A stretch of 64,000 bases of DNA from Mobula hypostoma (taxonomy: Eukaryota), in NCBI RefSeq assembly GCF_963921235.1, contig NC_086108.1, forward strand, positions 61,816,001 through 61,880,000. Reading direction: 5' to 3'. Numbering within the stretch: position 1 is the first letter of the stretch; the number at the start of each line of letters is the position of its first letter. The translations under genes were made by a program, and so were the position numbers. This document shows, piece after piece, positions 13,607 through 26,559 of the stretch. The notes below the pieces were generated by a model. That model made no database searches. It saw only the letters and a program-made list of their open reading frames with translations, and was not told the origin of the DNA.

Positions 13607-13779
13607 AGTTCCCAGTGGAACTGCTAGAGAAAGGTAAGCACAGTCATACTCATTAATCTGTTACTCTTGTGCCTGGTTCCTGCCCTACTGAGCGATTTCA
13701 GCACCCACTGCTATTGTTTCAGATTTCTAGCATGAGCAGTTTTGTCTGTTTTATCTGCTTCTATTTTATACCACAGCTT
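13607..13779 (+). repeat. Local diverged duplication, copy 2
   Basis: Same shared blocks as 12744-12927. Confidence 0.75.
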
Positions 13780-15652
13780 AACCACTGCAGGCAACAGAGC
13801 AATAAAAAAAATGAGGCCTCAGCATCACTAGACCACCAGTCAGCATTTTCAATTGCCTGCTGTGTACAAAAAAAGTGGGCAAACTGTTGGGAATTAGTTA
13901 TTGCATCAAAAGAGGAAATCCTTTGATATGGTAACTTGTCCCTTTATCTTTATGATCTTTCTACAAATGAGAAGCAGTCTGATTTTCAGACACTATGAGG
14001 ACAAAACCACATAAAAAGAGTTTGTACCTCAAGGCAATCTTACACTGCCAATATATCATTACCTATTAGCCCTTGAACACGCTACTTGAATGAGTGATGA
14101 TGCCGAGGAACTAGGTTAGGAATTTCTGTCAGCTATTTGCATTTTGCGTGAAATGTTGCTGCTGGTTAGAAATTTTATTGCTCCAGACCTTCTGTTTAAA
14201 AGCCAGCAGATCTGCATAGTCCTTCCAGCTTTTAAATATTTAACTGAGCAGAAGCTTGGGATTCCTGACTATTGGCTGAAGTGCATCCCCTCCTGTCACA
14301 GCCAAGTCCCAGCTGGAGTCCAAAGGGACGGATGGCTCAGACTTCTACAGCTGTCCCCAGCTCATAAGCTGTGAAATCCACCTGCTGACTTTGCACTTGG
14401 TTAGGCTAGTAGCAGGTTGGAATGAATGGGAGCTAAAGGACAAAAAAAAACGTTTGATTTAAGTCTATAAGTTTGCATCAACTGTGTGTCCTGGGATTGT
14501 AATGTTGAATCAGGTTTGCAAGCCCAGGAAGTGAGACAGAAAGTCCTAACTTCGACTACGTATATTAATCATTTCTTTATCAATAGTAAAAATTTGACCA
14601 ATCATTCATGTTCCCCAAGTTATAGACACTACAAAGCTGAATATTCAACAAACATGCTTAGTTAAAAGTGTGCGCAGAGCATACTTTTCCAATGGCAATG
14701 TGCACTGCTTGCCTTAAGCAAAGGGAGAGAGCTAGAACCTCCCACATGCTCTCTATATACACAGGATATTTGAAACTGGATGCCAGGCAACTATCCAATA
14801 GGAAAAGCAGCTGTAGTTTCTAAACTAACTTATCACAACGGAAACGACTTCCGACAGAATAAGGCATGCCTCCGACTTGACAGGGATGTGGTGGGGGGTG
14901 AAGGTTGGGATGTTAGTAATTTTGGGGAGAGGGGATAGAACCCAAGTGTTTTTGAATGTTAGTGATAACCAATAACATTGACAAACATTCAGTTTCAGTG
15001 ACAGTTCTGCTGGTGCATTGGACTCACTGGCTGTCAAAGTTACCATAGAAGTACAGACAGCTGCTAGTGATGAAACTAGTCATGCTGCATAGTGCCACTC
15101 TGATTAACTGGGAGCCAAACATCCAGAAGAAGACTGCATCTAAACCCTGGCTAAAAAGGTGAGGTATACAAGCAAGCTACCAGTAATCTTACAGTTGTGC
15201 AGGATTCCCCCTAATTCTGTTTGCAATTAAAGGAATATTATGCTGATCTTACCCTTGCCACATGAACATCATAGTCAAGGATATTATACAACAATGTGGA
15301 TGCCAGTTTGATGCAAGTCACAGCAGATTGTAGGGCAGTGACAGTAAGATGCAAAAATTCTAAGTGCATTTATTATCAAAGAATATATAAATTATACAAA
15401 CTTGAGGTAGCCACAAATCAAGAAGCCCAAAAGAACCCAATTAGAGAGAGAAAAAAAAAATAAAAGAACACCCAAAGCACGAGAAAGGGAAAAAATACAG
15501 ATCATGCAAAAAATTGAAGTGAACAACAACATTCTGAACCAAATTAAGTTCTCCGATCCGAATCCCAGAATAGGCCCAAAGCCTTGCTTGTCAGTTCATT
15601 ATATTAGCAGACATGGAGCTCAGCAGCTGAGCAGTCTTCATAGAGGAGTGAC

Positions 15653-15881
15653 TGTGGTAAACCATATATATGTTGTAACTGGGTTACCTGTCTGGACAGG
15701 CCCCTCTGCTGACTGCCCTTGTGGCTCCTTCCACAGCTTCCTGAATAAAGGTGATTTCACCTTGCCCCTCCCCCTCAGTCCGGGGGCAGACACTCACCGT
15801 GGAGGTCGTATTGTACAGCGAATAAAAGCCTTTCAGTATTTTACCCAACTTCAGTCTGTTGGAGTAATTGAAGGTGCTTCA
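15653..15881 (+). mobile_element. Solo LTR inserted in an unclassified minus-strand repeat (~15350-16050)
   Basis: TG...CA termini, internal AATAAA, exact 5-bp TSD GTGAC at 15648-15652 and 15882-15886. Confidence 0.8.
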
Positions 15882-17164
15882 GTGACCATCGCAGAGATCA
15901 AGCAAAATCAGCTCTTGCCTTGGATCCTGATACCCTGTCTTTTCAGTTTATATGGGCTGGCATTCAAAAGCGAAACAGCGAAAGGCTACAGAACCATGGA
16001 GAGAGAAGTGAACATGGCAGAGAGAAAGCAAAATTGGCTCTTGCCTCTGATCTGCTCCAGCATTTAAAGTGTCTAAACAGTGGATCGTACCTTCAGTTAA
16101 GATGGCGCTACCGAATGCATGCAGCAGCTCATTGGTAGTTAAAAAAAGACACAAAAATTCAACTAAAAGATCACTAAAATATGATATGTGTACAATTTGT
16201 GCTAATAAGTCCATGAGACTGCTAAGACTGCTTAACAAACATGGCAGGGATTATGAAGTATTTAAACTCACCAACATGCTACTTTTCCTCTGTGTATTTG
16301 AAACATGCCCACAGCTTCAACTGTCAGCAGACAGAAGTGGAGGTATTGGAGATAAGAGGCTGCTGACTAGCAGATAGGAATGTCCCTTTACAGTGAAGTA
16401 ACTCATGCAATGTTGTCCCATCATAATACCTACTCATTCGGTTTTTGCCAGGCATTGGTAAAATCACTTCTGCCATTTCCTTTGTACATCATTTATTTCT
16501 TGAATTATTGAGCACCATTTTGTCTTCTGAATATATTTCTGTTTAATCTCTTCTGTTTGCTCTTTAGCTACCATACTGGTCATGCTGTTGATGTTTCTGC
16601 ATGAGTGCTTGTGGGGAGCTTGTGGCAATTTCTTTCTCTTTATTCTGTACTAATTTAATCTATGATGAAAATCTTACTGCAAATCTGCAGAAAATGCACA
16701 CACTCCAAACTGCAATTATCTTTTGCTAAATCACAGCTTTGCAATCACAGACAACATGAATACTTTATAAATGATCAAAGCTCAATAATGGAATGGCAAA
16801 TACAAAATATTTTACATAGAGCAGCCCTGAAATTCTGGTGACTCCCAATAGGTGGACTAACTGGCTGAATTACAAATGGACAATGGACAAATGGTCAGTG
16901 ATATGCCCACCTACAGAATTCAGATTTGCAATAAGCCATTTGTTGAATTTGTGTTGGAACAGTTGAAAGTGATTGTAATATTGGGTTTATGGTGTGAAAG
17001 GACTATTAAAACCACATATTTTGACAGCAATGATGATGGCATAATTTCAGGGTTCTGTTGCTGTGAGAGCAATGGGTGAAACATTGTCAATAACACGACG
17101 AGTGATAGGATGGCGTTTATTGAACAGTTTGGTTTCTTTGCAACTTCTGCCAGCTACAATGTGA

Positions 17165-18155
17165 TCCCACCACCACCACCCACATCTTCCCCTCCCCACT
17201 TCTTTCTGCCTTCCCCAGTGATACCTCTCTCCATCACTCCCTGGTCCACTTATCGCTCTCCGCTCATCCTTCCCCAGACACTTTCTCCTGTAACCACAGC
17301 TGTAACACTTGTCCCTATAACCACCAGCCAGGACCCTAAACAGCCCTTCCAAAGGAGACAGAGATATGGCCTTGTTTATTGTGTCTAGTGTTGCCATTAT
17401 GACCTCCTCTACACTGGTGAGACCAGGCACACACCAGGCGATAGCTTCGCCAAGCACAAAAGCTCCATCTGCCTTCGTCATCTGGAGCTGCCAGTTGCTA
17501 GCTATTTTAACTCACATCCCAGTTCCACACTAAAATGTCTGTCCTCGGCCTCCTCCATTGGCAACAGAAACTAGAGGAACGTCACCCCATATTCTGCCTG
17601 AGTAGTTTACTATCCAATAGCATAAACATGGAATTCTCCAATTTCAGGTAAACTGCTCTGCCTCTGTCCCTTTTTCTCTGTTCTCCTGATCTAACCAGTT
17701 CCTTCTACAGCCACCCCACCCCAGCAGCTCCATCCCCCATTTTGTTCGCCTCCTCCACACAACCCATCTGCTCATCATATAGATGCTTTACACTGGATTC
17801 GTCCCACTTCCCCCACCACAGCTCCTATTTCCCATCCCCACCTCCCAGACATGGTTCCATACTCACCTTCCTCTCCTACCAGATTCCATGACCTGCAGCC
17901 TTTTATTGCCTCCACCCACCACCTCCTAACCTCTGTCATTTTTTCCACTCTCCCCTCCTCCATCTTATCTATCATCCCTCCTCACTTGGATCCACCTATC
18001 ACCTGCTCGCTCCTCCTCCCCCCTCACCGTTTTTAGACTAGCTAGCTTCCCTCTAGCATTCAGTGCAGATGAAGGGCCATGATATTAATTACAATGGCCC
18101 TTTCTCCACCACAGACGCTGCTTTTCCTAATGAGTTCCTCCAGCATCCTGCTTGT
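17165..18155 (+). mobile_element. Penelope-like element 3' fragment (GIY-YIG region and terminal repeat), old
   Basis: GLVYCV...LYTGET remnant of the GIY-YIG region, pyrimidine-rich 3' region and degenerate terminal repeat; homologous to 27330-28150. Confidence 0.7.
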
Positions 18156-18409
18156 TGAGACAGTTAAGCTACGTTTTCTACATAATGAGTTGCTAATGTT
18201 GTGTGGGCTAAGTGATGTTATGTATTATGGTATGCTAGGATATAGAATTGAAAAGAAAAAGAAAGGGAGGACAAGTATAAATAGTCTGTTCTGAAACCAA
18301 CAGAAAGAAACAGCAAGGTATCTGAATTGGGAAAATCCAGCATAGAGTGCTGCTCTCTGCTGTTCCTCAAGCTTGATTTGGACTTTGTCTTAACAACACT
18401 GGACACCAG

Positions 18410-19260
18410 ACAAAGAGGACAGAGTGAGATGGGGATGATGAATTACAGTGGCAGGTGACTCAAAGCTCAGGTGTATTTCTGCAGCCCAAATGCAGGAGTT
18501 TGCAAAACGATCACCAAATCTTTGCTTGTTTCTCCAATGGGGAGGTGACCACATTGGCAACATCAAATGCAGTACACTAAATTGGAAGATGTGCAAGTGA
18601 ATTACTGCTTCATCTGGACCAACTAATTGGATTCCTGGATGGAAGTGGTGAGTGGATAAGTTTTTTAATCTCCTGTTGTATTGGAAGGTGCTATTAGACA
18701 GGGAGTGGATCAGGGCATCACAAAGTATCCACTGCCTGCAAAACACAAGGAAGATTAGAGTAAGGAAGATGTGACTGGTGGGGCGATCATGTTGAAGCTG
18801 GGATAATATGTTGAATACAAAATCTGGCAGGGTGACAGGTGAGTGCCAGAGGAATTCCATATTTGTTCTGTCCCCAAAAGCAAATGAGAGCAGGCATATG
18901 GGGAAAAAAGATGAATTGTGGTTGAGAACCAAGATAGAGGGGAAGCCACATTTCTAGAAGATGGAGGACTCTTCAGAGAAACCAGAGTACAAGGAATAAA
19001 TAGGAATGGCTGCAGTTGGAAACAAAGGAACTGGAAAAAAACTGCATGGTGTCCTTACCAGAGGCAGGGCAAAAAGATTTATAGTAAAGGTAGCTGTGGG
19101 AACAGATGGTTGAGGTAGCTGTGGGAACCGATAGTCAGGGTAACTTGGGAAGTCTCTCAGCATGGGAATTCTGGGTCCAGTGATGAAAAAGATGGGAGGA
19201 GGAGGGAAGGTTAGAATCACAGTTGCTAACATTGAATAGTGATGTGGGTATAGTAGTAGG
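18410..19260 (-). mobile_element. Penelope-like element fragment
   Basis: Minus ORF 18390-18932 contains KQRFGDRFA (compare RHRLGDHFAEH in ORF 48237-48530); nucleotide similarity to 26900-27650. Confidence 0.6.
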
Positions 19261-19294
19261 TTCAAGTTGCATGATTAGTGTTGGAGTGCAATAT

Positions 19295-19665
19295 TGTAGA
19301 TAAGGTATACAAAATAATGAGGGATATAGTTAGGGTAAATGCAAACAGGCTCTTTCCACTGTGGTTGGGTGGAACCACAACCAGAGGTCATGGGTTAAGG
19401 GTAAGAGGTGAGAAGTTTAAGGGTAACATGAGGGAAAATTTCTTCACTCAGAAGGTCATGAGAGGGTGGAGTGAGCTGCTAGCACAAGTGGTGTAATGAA
19501 CTTGATTTCAACATTTAAGAGAAGTTTGGATAGGTACATGGATAAAAGAGATATAGAGGGCTATGGTCCCGGTGCAGATCAATGGGAGTAGGCAGTTTAA
19601 ATGGTTTCAGCAAGGACTAGATAGGCCAAAGGGCCTGCGTCTGAGCTGTACTCCTCTATGACTCG
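19295..19665 (+). mobile_element. CR1 LINE 3' end
   Basis: VYKIMR...TRGHGLRVRGEKFKGNMRENFFTQKV is the typical CR1 ORF2 C-terminus; CTCTATGACTC tail. Confidence 0.85.
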
Positions 19666-21965
19666 AAGTGGTCAGGAGTTAAGATGTGGGTTTGTGTGGA
19701 GTCAATGGGTGGCGAGGTACACTTTCTGAAGATTGGGGTGTGATTGGATGGGGGGTGAAGGGAGGAGGGGAGAACAGTCAGTACAGTGTAGGGAAAGGCA
19801 AAAGGCATCAAAGGGTGAAGTCAAGTGCGCTTCTTTTACCAGACAGGTACCTTTTCTGATCCAGCAATTCAAAACCTGATTGGCCCAGATTGACTAATGA
19901 CAGATATGCTAGGATAACATGATCTAAGTTTTCTGCAATGTTCAAAAGGGAGGGCAAGGTGGAGAGTGCTATCATCCAGTGTACTTGGTTGCAGATTCAT
20001 TTTAGGCTCACAAGGGTGATTCACACCCAAAAGCTCCGAGTTAAATTTCTGGGGTGCCACAGAATGATCATCATCACATTTCATTCCAGGGAAAGAAAAT
20101 AAGTTCTGCATAAGGATAGCTAGCTCTGTACAACTAATAGCTTGAAACTTAAAAGTGTGCAGTTTGCTTAATAATAGAGTTTCTTATGCAATGAGGGGCC
20201 GGATAAGATTACATGAATTGATGGCATTATTAAAATCAATGTGACCTAAGCTATTCCCCTTCTGCCCCCCCCCAAAAAAAAATTTCTACAGATACTCCAG
20301 CTCAATCAAATTTTCCTTCTGTATCCTGTCAGGTGTGATTGAATTAAGAAATCTGAGTGAATAGTGTCTTGTGAAGTTGATGAGAATGCTAAATAACTCT
20401 GGGAGAAAACCTGGAGATTAGGCTTTTTAATCATCCAGGTTCTCTGCAGTTTGTCAAACACAACAGGGTAGCAGCCATATTTGATCTCAGACTGAGGCTC
20501 CACTGAATATACACAGGCTAATGTAATGTCAATCCTACCCTGCATCAGAGAACGATTGTAACCGTTGGCAATTTGTTACCTACTGAAGCAGTTTCTTTTT
20601 TATTTCAAGCTCTGTTTAGTTTTATTCAACACAAATTAAAAGAGAAACAAGTTAGACAATTTTCTGTCCCCATTCAATAGTGACAGCTGTTAACTATACA
20701 AAGCTATTTGTCAGAACAATGTCATCCCAAGATCAAACTTGCGAAATTGCCCTAATAAACATACATTACATTTTTAATTTTTCTCCAGGTAATTAAATGA
20801 AAAGCTCCCCTTTTGCATATCATCAACCACCCCCAAATGCAAAGGCACAAAGCATTTTAATTATAATAGTGAAAGGGGAGGGCAAGTGTACACACCAATT
20901 AATCATATACCAAGCTCCTCAATGTCATGCCAAGTAGGGCAACACACCACAGGATGTGCCAGTTTCAAACAGACTTATGTCATTAAAATTATTTTGGTTG
21001 TTAGCTTGAAAGAACCACGTGCGATTATTTTCCCCTGAACCCACAGCCAAGGACAGCAAGGAGGTATAATGAATTCTTGGAGTGAAGCAATACATTAAGC
21101 TCTGGTATCAGCAAGAAACATTGCTTTGTATTAGATAAATATCAAGTCTGTGCAGTAAGCTTAAGGACTGATATGTTACAATAATTTAAAAATGATATAT
21201 TTCTGAAATGAATGATACAAAATTCCTGTTTAAAGTTCCTTTAAAGGAATTGACAGGATTTTTTTATTATCACGGAGATGGCTGTAAATGTAAAATTCAC
21301 ATTTTATTATATCTTGTTTTTTTTAAGATAGGAACCACAAATCTAAACTTAACACTTTTATTGCTAGTTTCAGGTGGTTACAGGATTACCAGTAAGCAAA
21401 CAACTGCTCAGAATATCCAATTTTCAATAAAATACCACCCCTCAAGGCTCACTTAATTCTGGAGGCACCAATCAAGGGTTTGTTCCCCATCTCTGGGACG
21501 AAACCACACTGGCAGAAAACATGACAGTCAAGCACCAGTCATACCAGCCATCAAGGATTACTATTTTGTTCTTATGCCAGAAATCTGAACTCTCAAGCCA
21601 CTAGTTTCAGTCATAACACAGTGTTAACATTGTTCATCCACACACCCCTTGCTCAAGTGAAGAAAGGGCACGTTCTTCAGTGTCAAGTGTTAGTCAGCCT
21701 ACTGTGTATTTGCAGGATTATTTCTTCCCTTACAGCTTTCCACCAATCATGATTTATTTCTGCATCCTAACCTATCACTGCATGTGTGCTTACAAGCAAT
21801 TGTGTGTTATTTTTTGCATATGATGTCTAACTATTTGTCAAACAGTTGGGAAAACAGACTGACATTTCACAGGGATGCCTAGATAGAAATGGTTTATTTT
21901 GATGCATTCCTGCACAGGGTCAAACAGAAGAGCCTTGTAACAGAAAAGAGCAGACAGCAAAATAA

Positions 21966-22139
21966 CACACATCAAAGTTGCCGGTGAACACAGCAGGCCA
22001 GGCAGCATCTCTAGGAAGAGGTACAGTCGATGTTTCGGGCCGAGACCCTTCGTCAGGAGGGTCTGGCCTGCTGCGTTCACCAGCAACTTTGATGTGTGTT
22101 GCTTGAATTTCCAGCATCTGCGGAATTCCTCGTGTTTAC
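21966..22139. mobile_element. Mini PLE insertion made of two opposed terminal-repeat pieces
   Basis: Inverted arms ~21964-21999 and ~22064-22099; exact 13-bp TSD GACAGCAAAATAA at 21953-21965 and 22140-22152. Confidence 0.8.
22024..22060 (-). ncRNA. Minimal type I hammerhead ribozyme motif (PLE terminal repeat)
   Basis: Minus strand reads CTC-CTGACGA-A-GGGTCTCGGCCC-GAAAC-ATC-GACTG; core intact, 5' strand of stem I shortened at the inversion junction. Confidence 0.65.
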
Positions 22140-22189
22140 GACAGCAAAATAAGAAGGGATTGATTTCAGGTCAAATGGGTGAGTTAATC

Positions 22190-23030
22190 ATCAGTACAAG
22201 GTATGAAGGAAACACCGTCTATAGATTTGTCCATGACACAACCATTGTTGGCAGAAATTCAGATGATGTTGATGAGGCATACAGGAGTCAGACTGATTGA
22301 ACAGTGTCACAACAATAACCTTGCACTCAATGTCAGTAAGACCAAAGAATTGATTGTAGACTTGAGGAAAGTTAAGTCAAGGGAGCACACACCAGTCCTC
22401 ATCAAGGGATTAACAGTGGAAAGGGTGAGCAGTTTCAAGTTCCTGGTAGTCAACATCTCTGAAGATCTATCCTGGGCCCAACAGATTAATGCAATTATGG
22501 AGAAGGCACAACAGCGGCGATATTTCATTAGGAGTTTGACAGATTTATCCCGGAGACCATTCTAAATGGTTGCATCACTGTCTGGTATGAAGAGGATACT
22601 GCCCAGGATTGGAAAAAGCTGCAGAAAGTTGCAAACAGCCAGCTCCATCATGGGCACTAGACTGCCCAACATTGAGGACATCTTCAAAAAGTGATGCCCC
22701 AAAAAGGTGACGACCATCATTAAGGACCCCCGTCTCCCAGGACATGCCCTCTTCTCATTACTACAATCAAAGAGGGGCCTGAATACTCAAACTCATTGTT
22801 TTGGGAAAAGCTTCTTCTCCTGCACCATCAGATTTCTGAATGGACACTGAACCCATGTATGCTACTTCACTATGTTTTCTATCTTTTTATTGCTCTCTTT
22901 TTGCACTAATTTAATTTAATATATACATATATTTCTTATTGTAATTTATAGTTTTTTATTATGCATTGCAAAACAGCAAGTTTCATGACATATGCCAGTG
23001 ATATTAAACCTAATTTGGATTCTGATTCTG
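22190..23030 (+). mobile_element. Rex1/Babar-type LINE 3' fragment
   Basis: YRFVHDTTIVG (decayed FADD motif), NNNLALNVSKTKELIVD, FKFLVVNISEDLSW; tail GATTCTGATTCTG. Confidence 0.8.
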
Positions 23031-23474
23031 AGGATATCAATGTATTCAGATGATTCAGTAACATTTCAGTCTGAGCTTACAAATAAAGCATTAAAATCCA
23101 GATATCCAGAAGAACAATAACATTGACCTTACAAGTTAAGTAACTACAGAGCAGCATTCGATTCCCATGTTTTTTTTAATGTTTTCTAATTGGGGCTTTT
23201 CATTCATTTCTCCAGTGAATCCAGTTTGTGCAGGCTGAAGAAACTGTCTAGACTAGTTGATAAAGAAATTCCATTTATTTCGCATTAGAATATCCCAAAG
23301 TACTTTTCTACTTTTCTACCAATAAATCATTTCTCAATTGAAGTCATTACTGTATTTTATTGTAACCAACTAGGCAGCATCGCCCACACTTCTGGGAAAC
23401 ATTTAATATAATTTATCTCCCAACAAATTTAAAATCATGGCAACATAATTTGGCAACTCACTTTCATCCCCTAT

Positions 23475-23475
<1 letters not shown>

Positions 23476-23537
<62 letters not shown>

Positions 23538-23649
23538 TACATACACACACACGCACACACACACGCACGCATACATACACACACACACGCACACACACAC
23601 ACGCATACATACACACGCACGCATACATACACACACACACACACACACA
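23476..23649. repeat. (CA)n microsatellite with CG/TA interruptions
   Basis: About 175 bp of alternating purine-pyrimidine sequence, seen directly. Confidence 0.98.
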
Positions 23650-24300
23650 ACCAACCACACTTGCCATCACCCCAACTAACCATTTTATTGCTCTCAATGG
23701 ATTAGTGACAAGAGGAGCTTGGAAAAGTTAGACCTGCTTTCCAAACAATGGAGAAAGTTAAGAGAAGGACTAAAGAGGATATTTAGGATGAAGGGAGGCT
23801 TAGAATAGGCAAAGATAGTCTACTTTGGTGAGGTACCATAGATATAAAATCATCTGCAAAAGGTCAAGGGGAAAGCAGGAGAAATTTTTTTTCTTACAGA
23901 TTTGACACATTAGCTGCGTAAATGCCCAAAACAGAACCACTTCAAAATACAAATATACATTGTTTTTCAGAGCATTATTTGAATTCAAGTCAATATGAAG
24001 TATGAGGTACTAGCATGACCATTACCAGGTCATTCAGGAATTTGATCAGTGATAAACTGGTGATGCATTTAGTTCCTCAAATAGAGCCTTTTTTTGAAAA
24101 AGAGTGTCCTGCAGAAATTAAGTGACATTGGTCAAAGAATGCTGGTTGTGGACAGTCATAGAGGTGTTAGCTCTAGAACCATTTAAAGGGCCACAGCATA
24201 CACACATAAAGATCAAAGTTCTGTATTCTTCCCTGGATTAATTTTGTTCTTTCTGAAAATTGCTTCAGTTGAGTACAGACAGTTATTGTCTAGAAAAAGT

Positions 24301-24790
24301 ATTCTGACATGGCAGTCCATGGCCTCCTCTGCTGCTGCAATGAGGCCACTCTCAGATTGGAGGAGCAACACGTTATATCCCATCTGGGTAGCCTTCAACC
24401 TAATGGCATGAACCTCTCCTTCACCACTCCCCATCCCTGTTACCCTCTCTCACTTTATCTCCATGCCTGCCTATCACCTCCCTCTGGTGCTCCTCCTCCT
24501 TCCCTTTCTTCCATGGTCTTCTACCCTTTCCAATCAGATTCCTCCTCCTCCAGCCCTTTTTCTCTTTCACCAATCAACTTCCCAGCCCTTTACTTTACCC
24601 TCTCTCCCTCTCCCAGTTTCACCTATCACCTGCCACCTTGTACATCTTCCTCCCCTCCCCACACCTTCTTACTCCGAATTCTCATCTTTTATTCCTGTTC
24701 TGATGAAGGGTCTTGGCCTGAAACTTTGACTGTTACTCTTTTCCAGAGATGCTGCCTGGCCTGCTGAGTTCCTCCAGCATTTTGTGTGTT
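24301..24790 (+). mobile_element. Penelope-like element 3' fragment
   Basis: VHGLLCCCNEATLRLEEQHVISHLGSLQPNGMN C-terminus; terminal repeat with degenerate hammerhead at 24700-24730. Confidence 0.8.
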
Positions 24791-25689
24791 ATTGTTGAGG
24801 TTCACTGTCATTTCATGGAAGGAGTTAAAGTGGGGTCATGGACCACGTTTTTTGAAGGGGAATGTCATGGAAGGTATTGCTTATTGTTCAGAGAAGTTTT
24901 GGCAGAGCCTGAGAGAACAACTATAGACATGCCAGCAGAACAACTCCAGAAACACGAGTTCCACACAGTCTCCCAGTGAGCCGACTGTGGAGTTTATACT
25001 ATCTCCCTGAGACGGTATAGGCTTCTTCAGGGCTCTGTTTTTCTACCATATTCCTAAGATGTGTTGGTTGATTAATTAACTAGTGTAGGAGGATGCAGAA
25101 GAATCAGTGGGGAGTTGTTGGGCTTCTGAGAGAGAATGGCTTCTTGAGAAAGCCATAGGGGAATGTATTTGAAGGGAATGCTTCAGGAGCTGGTGGAGAC
25201 TATATGCATTGAATAATTTCCTACTATTTCCCAAGTATGAGAAATCTGAAGTTGGAATATCAGTCTATGGCCTACATATTGATCACATGTCAACATTTTC
25301 AATGAACAATGTCTCCACAAGCTTAGCTTTACCAAGCCTGCCGTCACAGAGTTACACAACATTCCTTGCCCACAGTAGACTTTGTGGTCTAAAGATCATT
25401 CAATACAACCACTGCTGATTTTCAAAAATACAGCTGTATTGCAAGGCCTCCAATTTTCCTGAACATCTTACATAGATACTCATGACCATCATGTAGGAGT
25501 CAGTCATTACCGTGCCCAAAGTTGTTAAGACTCCTGGGAACTGGTGGGGAGAGGAGAAATGCAGCAATCCCCAGAAAGGGAAGCACTTTTCCACTTCCCA
25601 ACTCTCATCGGGTGCAGGACAAAGGAATGCTAGTCCTTCATGACCTGGGTTGTACGCCCACAACCACAAATGCTATTACTATTTGGGAC

Positions 25690-25910
25690 GTTGGAGTTCG
25701 AAGTTCAATTCTGATGCTGTCTGTAGTGAGTATGTACGTCTTCCCTGTGAATGCGTGGGTTTCTTCCGGGTGCTCTAGTTTTCTCTCACGTTCCAAAGAC
25801 ATTGGAAGTGTGCAGCTAGTCATAGCTTGCACAATGTTCTGTGATTAGGCTAGGGTTAAATCAGTGGGGATGCTGGGCGGTGCAGCTTGCTGGGCCAAAA
25901 GGAGCTGTTT
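25690..25910 (+). mobile_element. V-SINE (HE1-like) SINE
   Basis: B-box-like GTTCAATTC followed by V-domain GCGTGGGTTTCTTCCGGGTGCTCTAGTTTTCTCTCAC..TCCAAAGAC. Confidence 0.7.
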
Positions 25911-26204
25911 TGCGGCATGACAAAGCTAGCTACCACATTGCTCACGATAACTGTGCACTCCGCAAGGGGTTCAGTGTTCCTGTTAGGTTCAGTAGTCCCT
26001 TACCGGCACAGACTGATCTTTCCCTGGATAGCATCTCCACATTCTGGATAAGAGAGATAAGTTCATGCAGAGTATCACAATGTTCCTGGAGAACAGCAAA
26101 CAGTGGAAGTCTGCCTTTGTCTATGTGCCCCAAATGCACGCATGCACACAGTTGTGTCTGTGCATCTGTGCATAATGGTGTACAACTACGTCTGTATTTG
26201 TATT

Positions 26205-26480
26205 CAGCAATATACAACAAATGCTGGAGGAACCCAGCAAGTCAGGCAACATCTATGGACAGAAATAAACAGCTGATGTTTTGGGCCAAGGCTCTTCATG
26301 AGGACTGGAAAGAAAGAGGGCAGAAACCAGAATATGAAGGTGGGTGGTGGGGGAGGGAGATGTGAAGGGGAGGAATATAAAACTGTTTATTTCCCTCCAT
26401 AGATTTTGCCTTCCCTGCTGACTTTTCCAGGATTTTGTGTGTGTTGCTCAAGATTTCCAGTGCCTGCAGTCTTTTGTGTC
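26205..26480. mobile_element. Mini PLE insertion with opposed terminal-repeat pieces
   Basis: Minus terminal repeat 26205-26365 followed by plus copy 26380-26480; exact 14-bp TSD TCTGTATTTGTATT at 26191-26204 and 26481-26494. Confidence 0.8.
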
Positions 26481-26559
26481 TCTGTATTTGTATTATTTTG
26501 TTTGTCGTATACAAGGCTGTGTATGTGAACATGTACTGTACCTGTATCCCCTTCCCCAC

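Noticed and set aside
15504..16067. Longest ORF in the window (187 aa)
   Set aside because: Runs across a solo LTR and its host repeat; no recognisable domain; chance open frame.
23403..23731. Cys/Val- and His/Thr-rich ORFs
   Set aside because: Translations of the (CA)n microsatellite.
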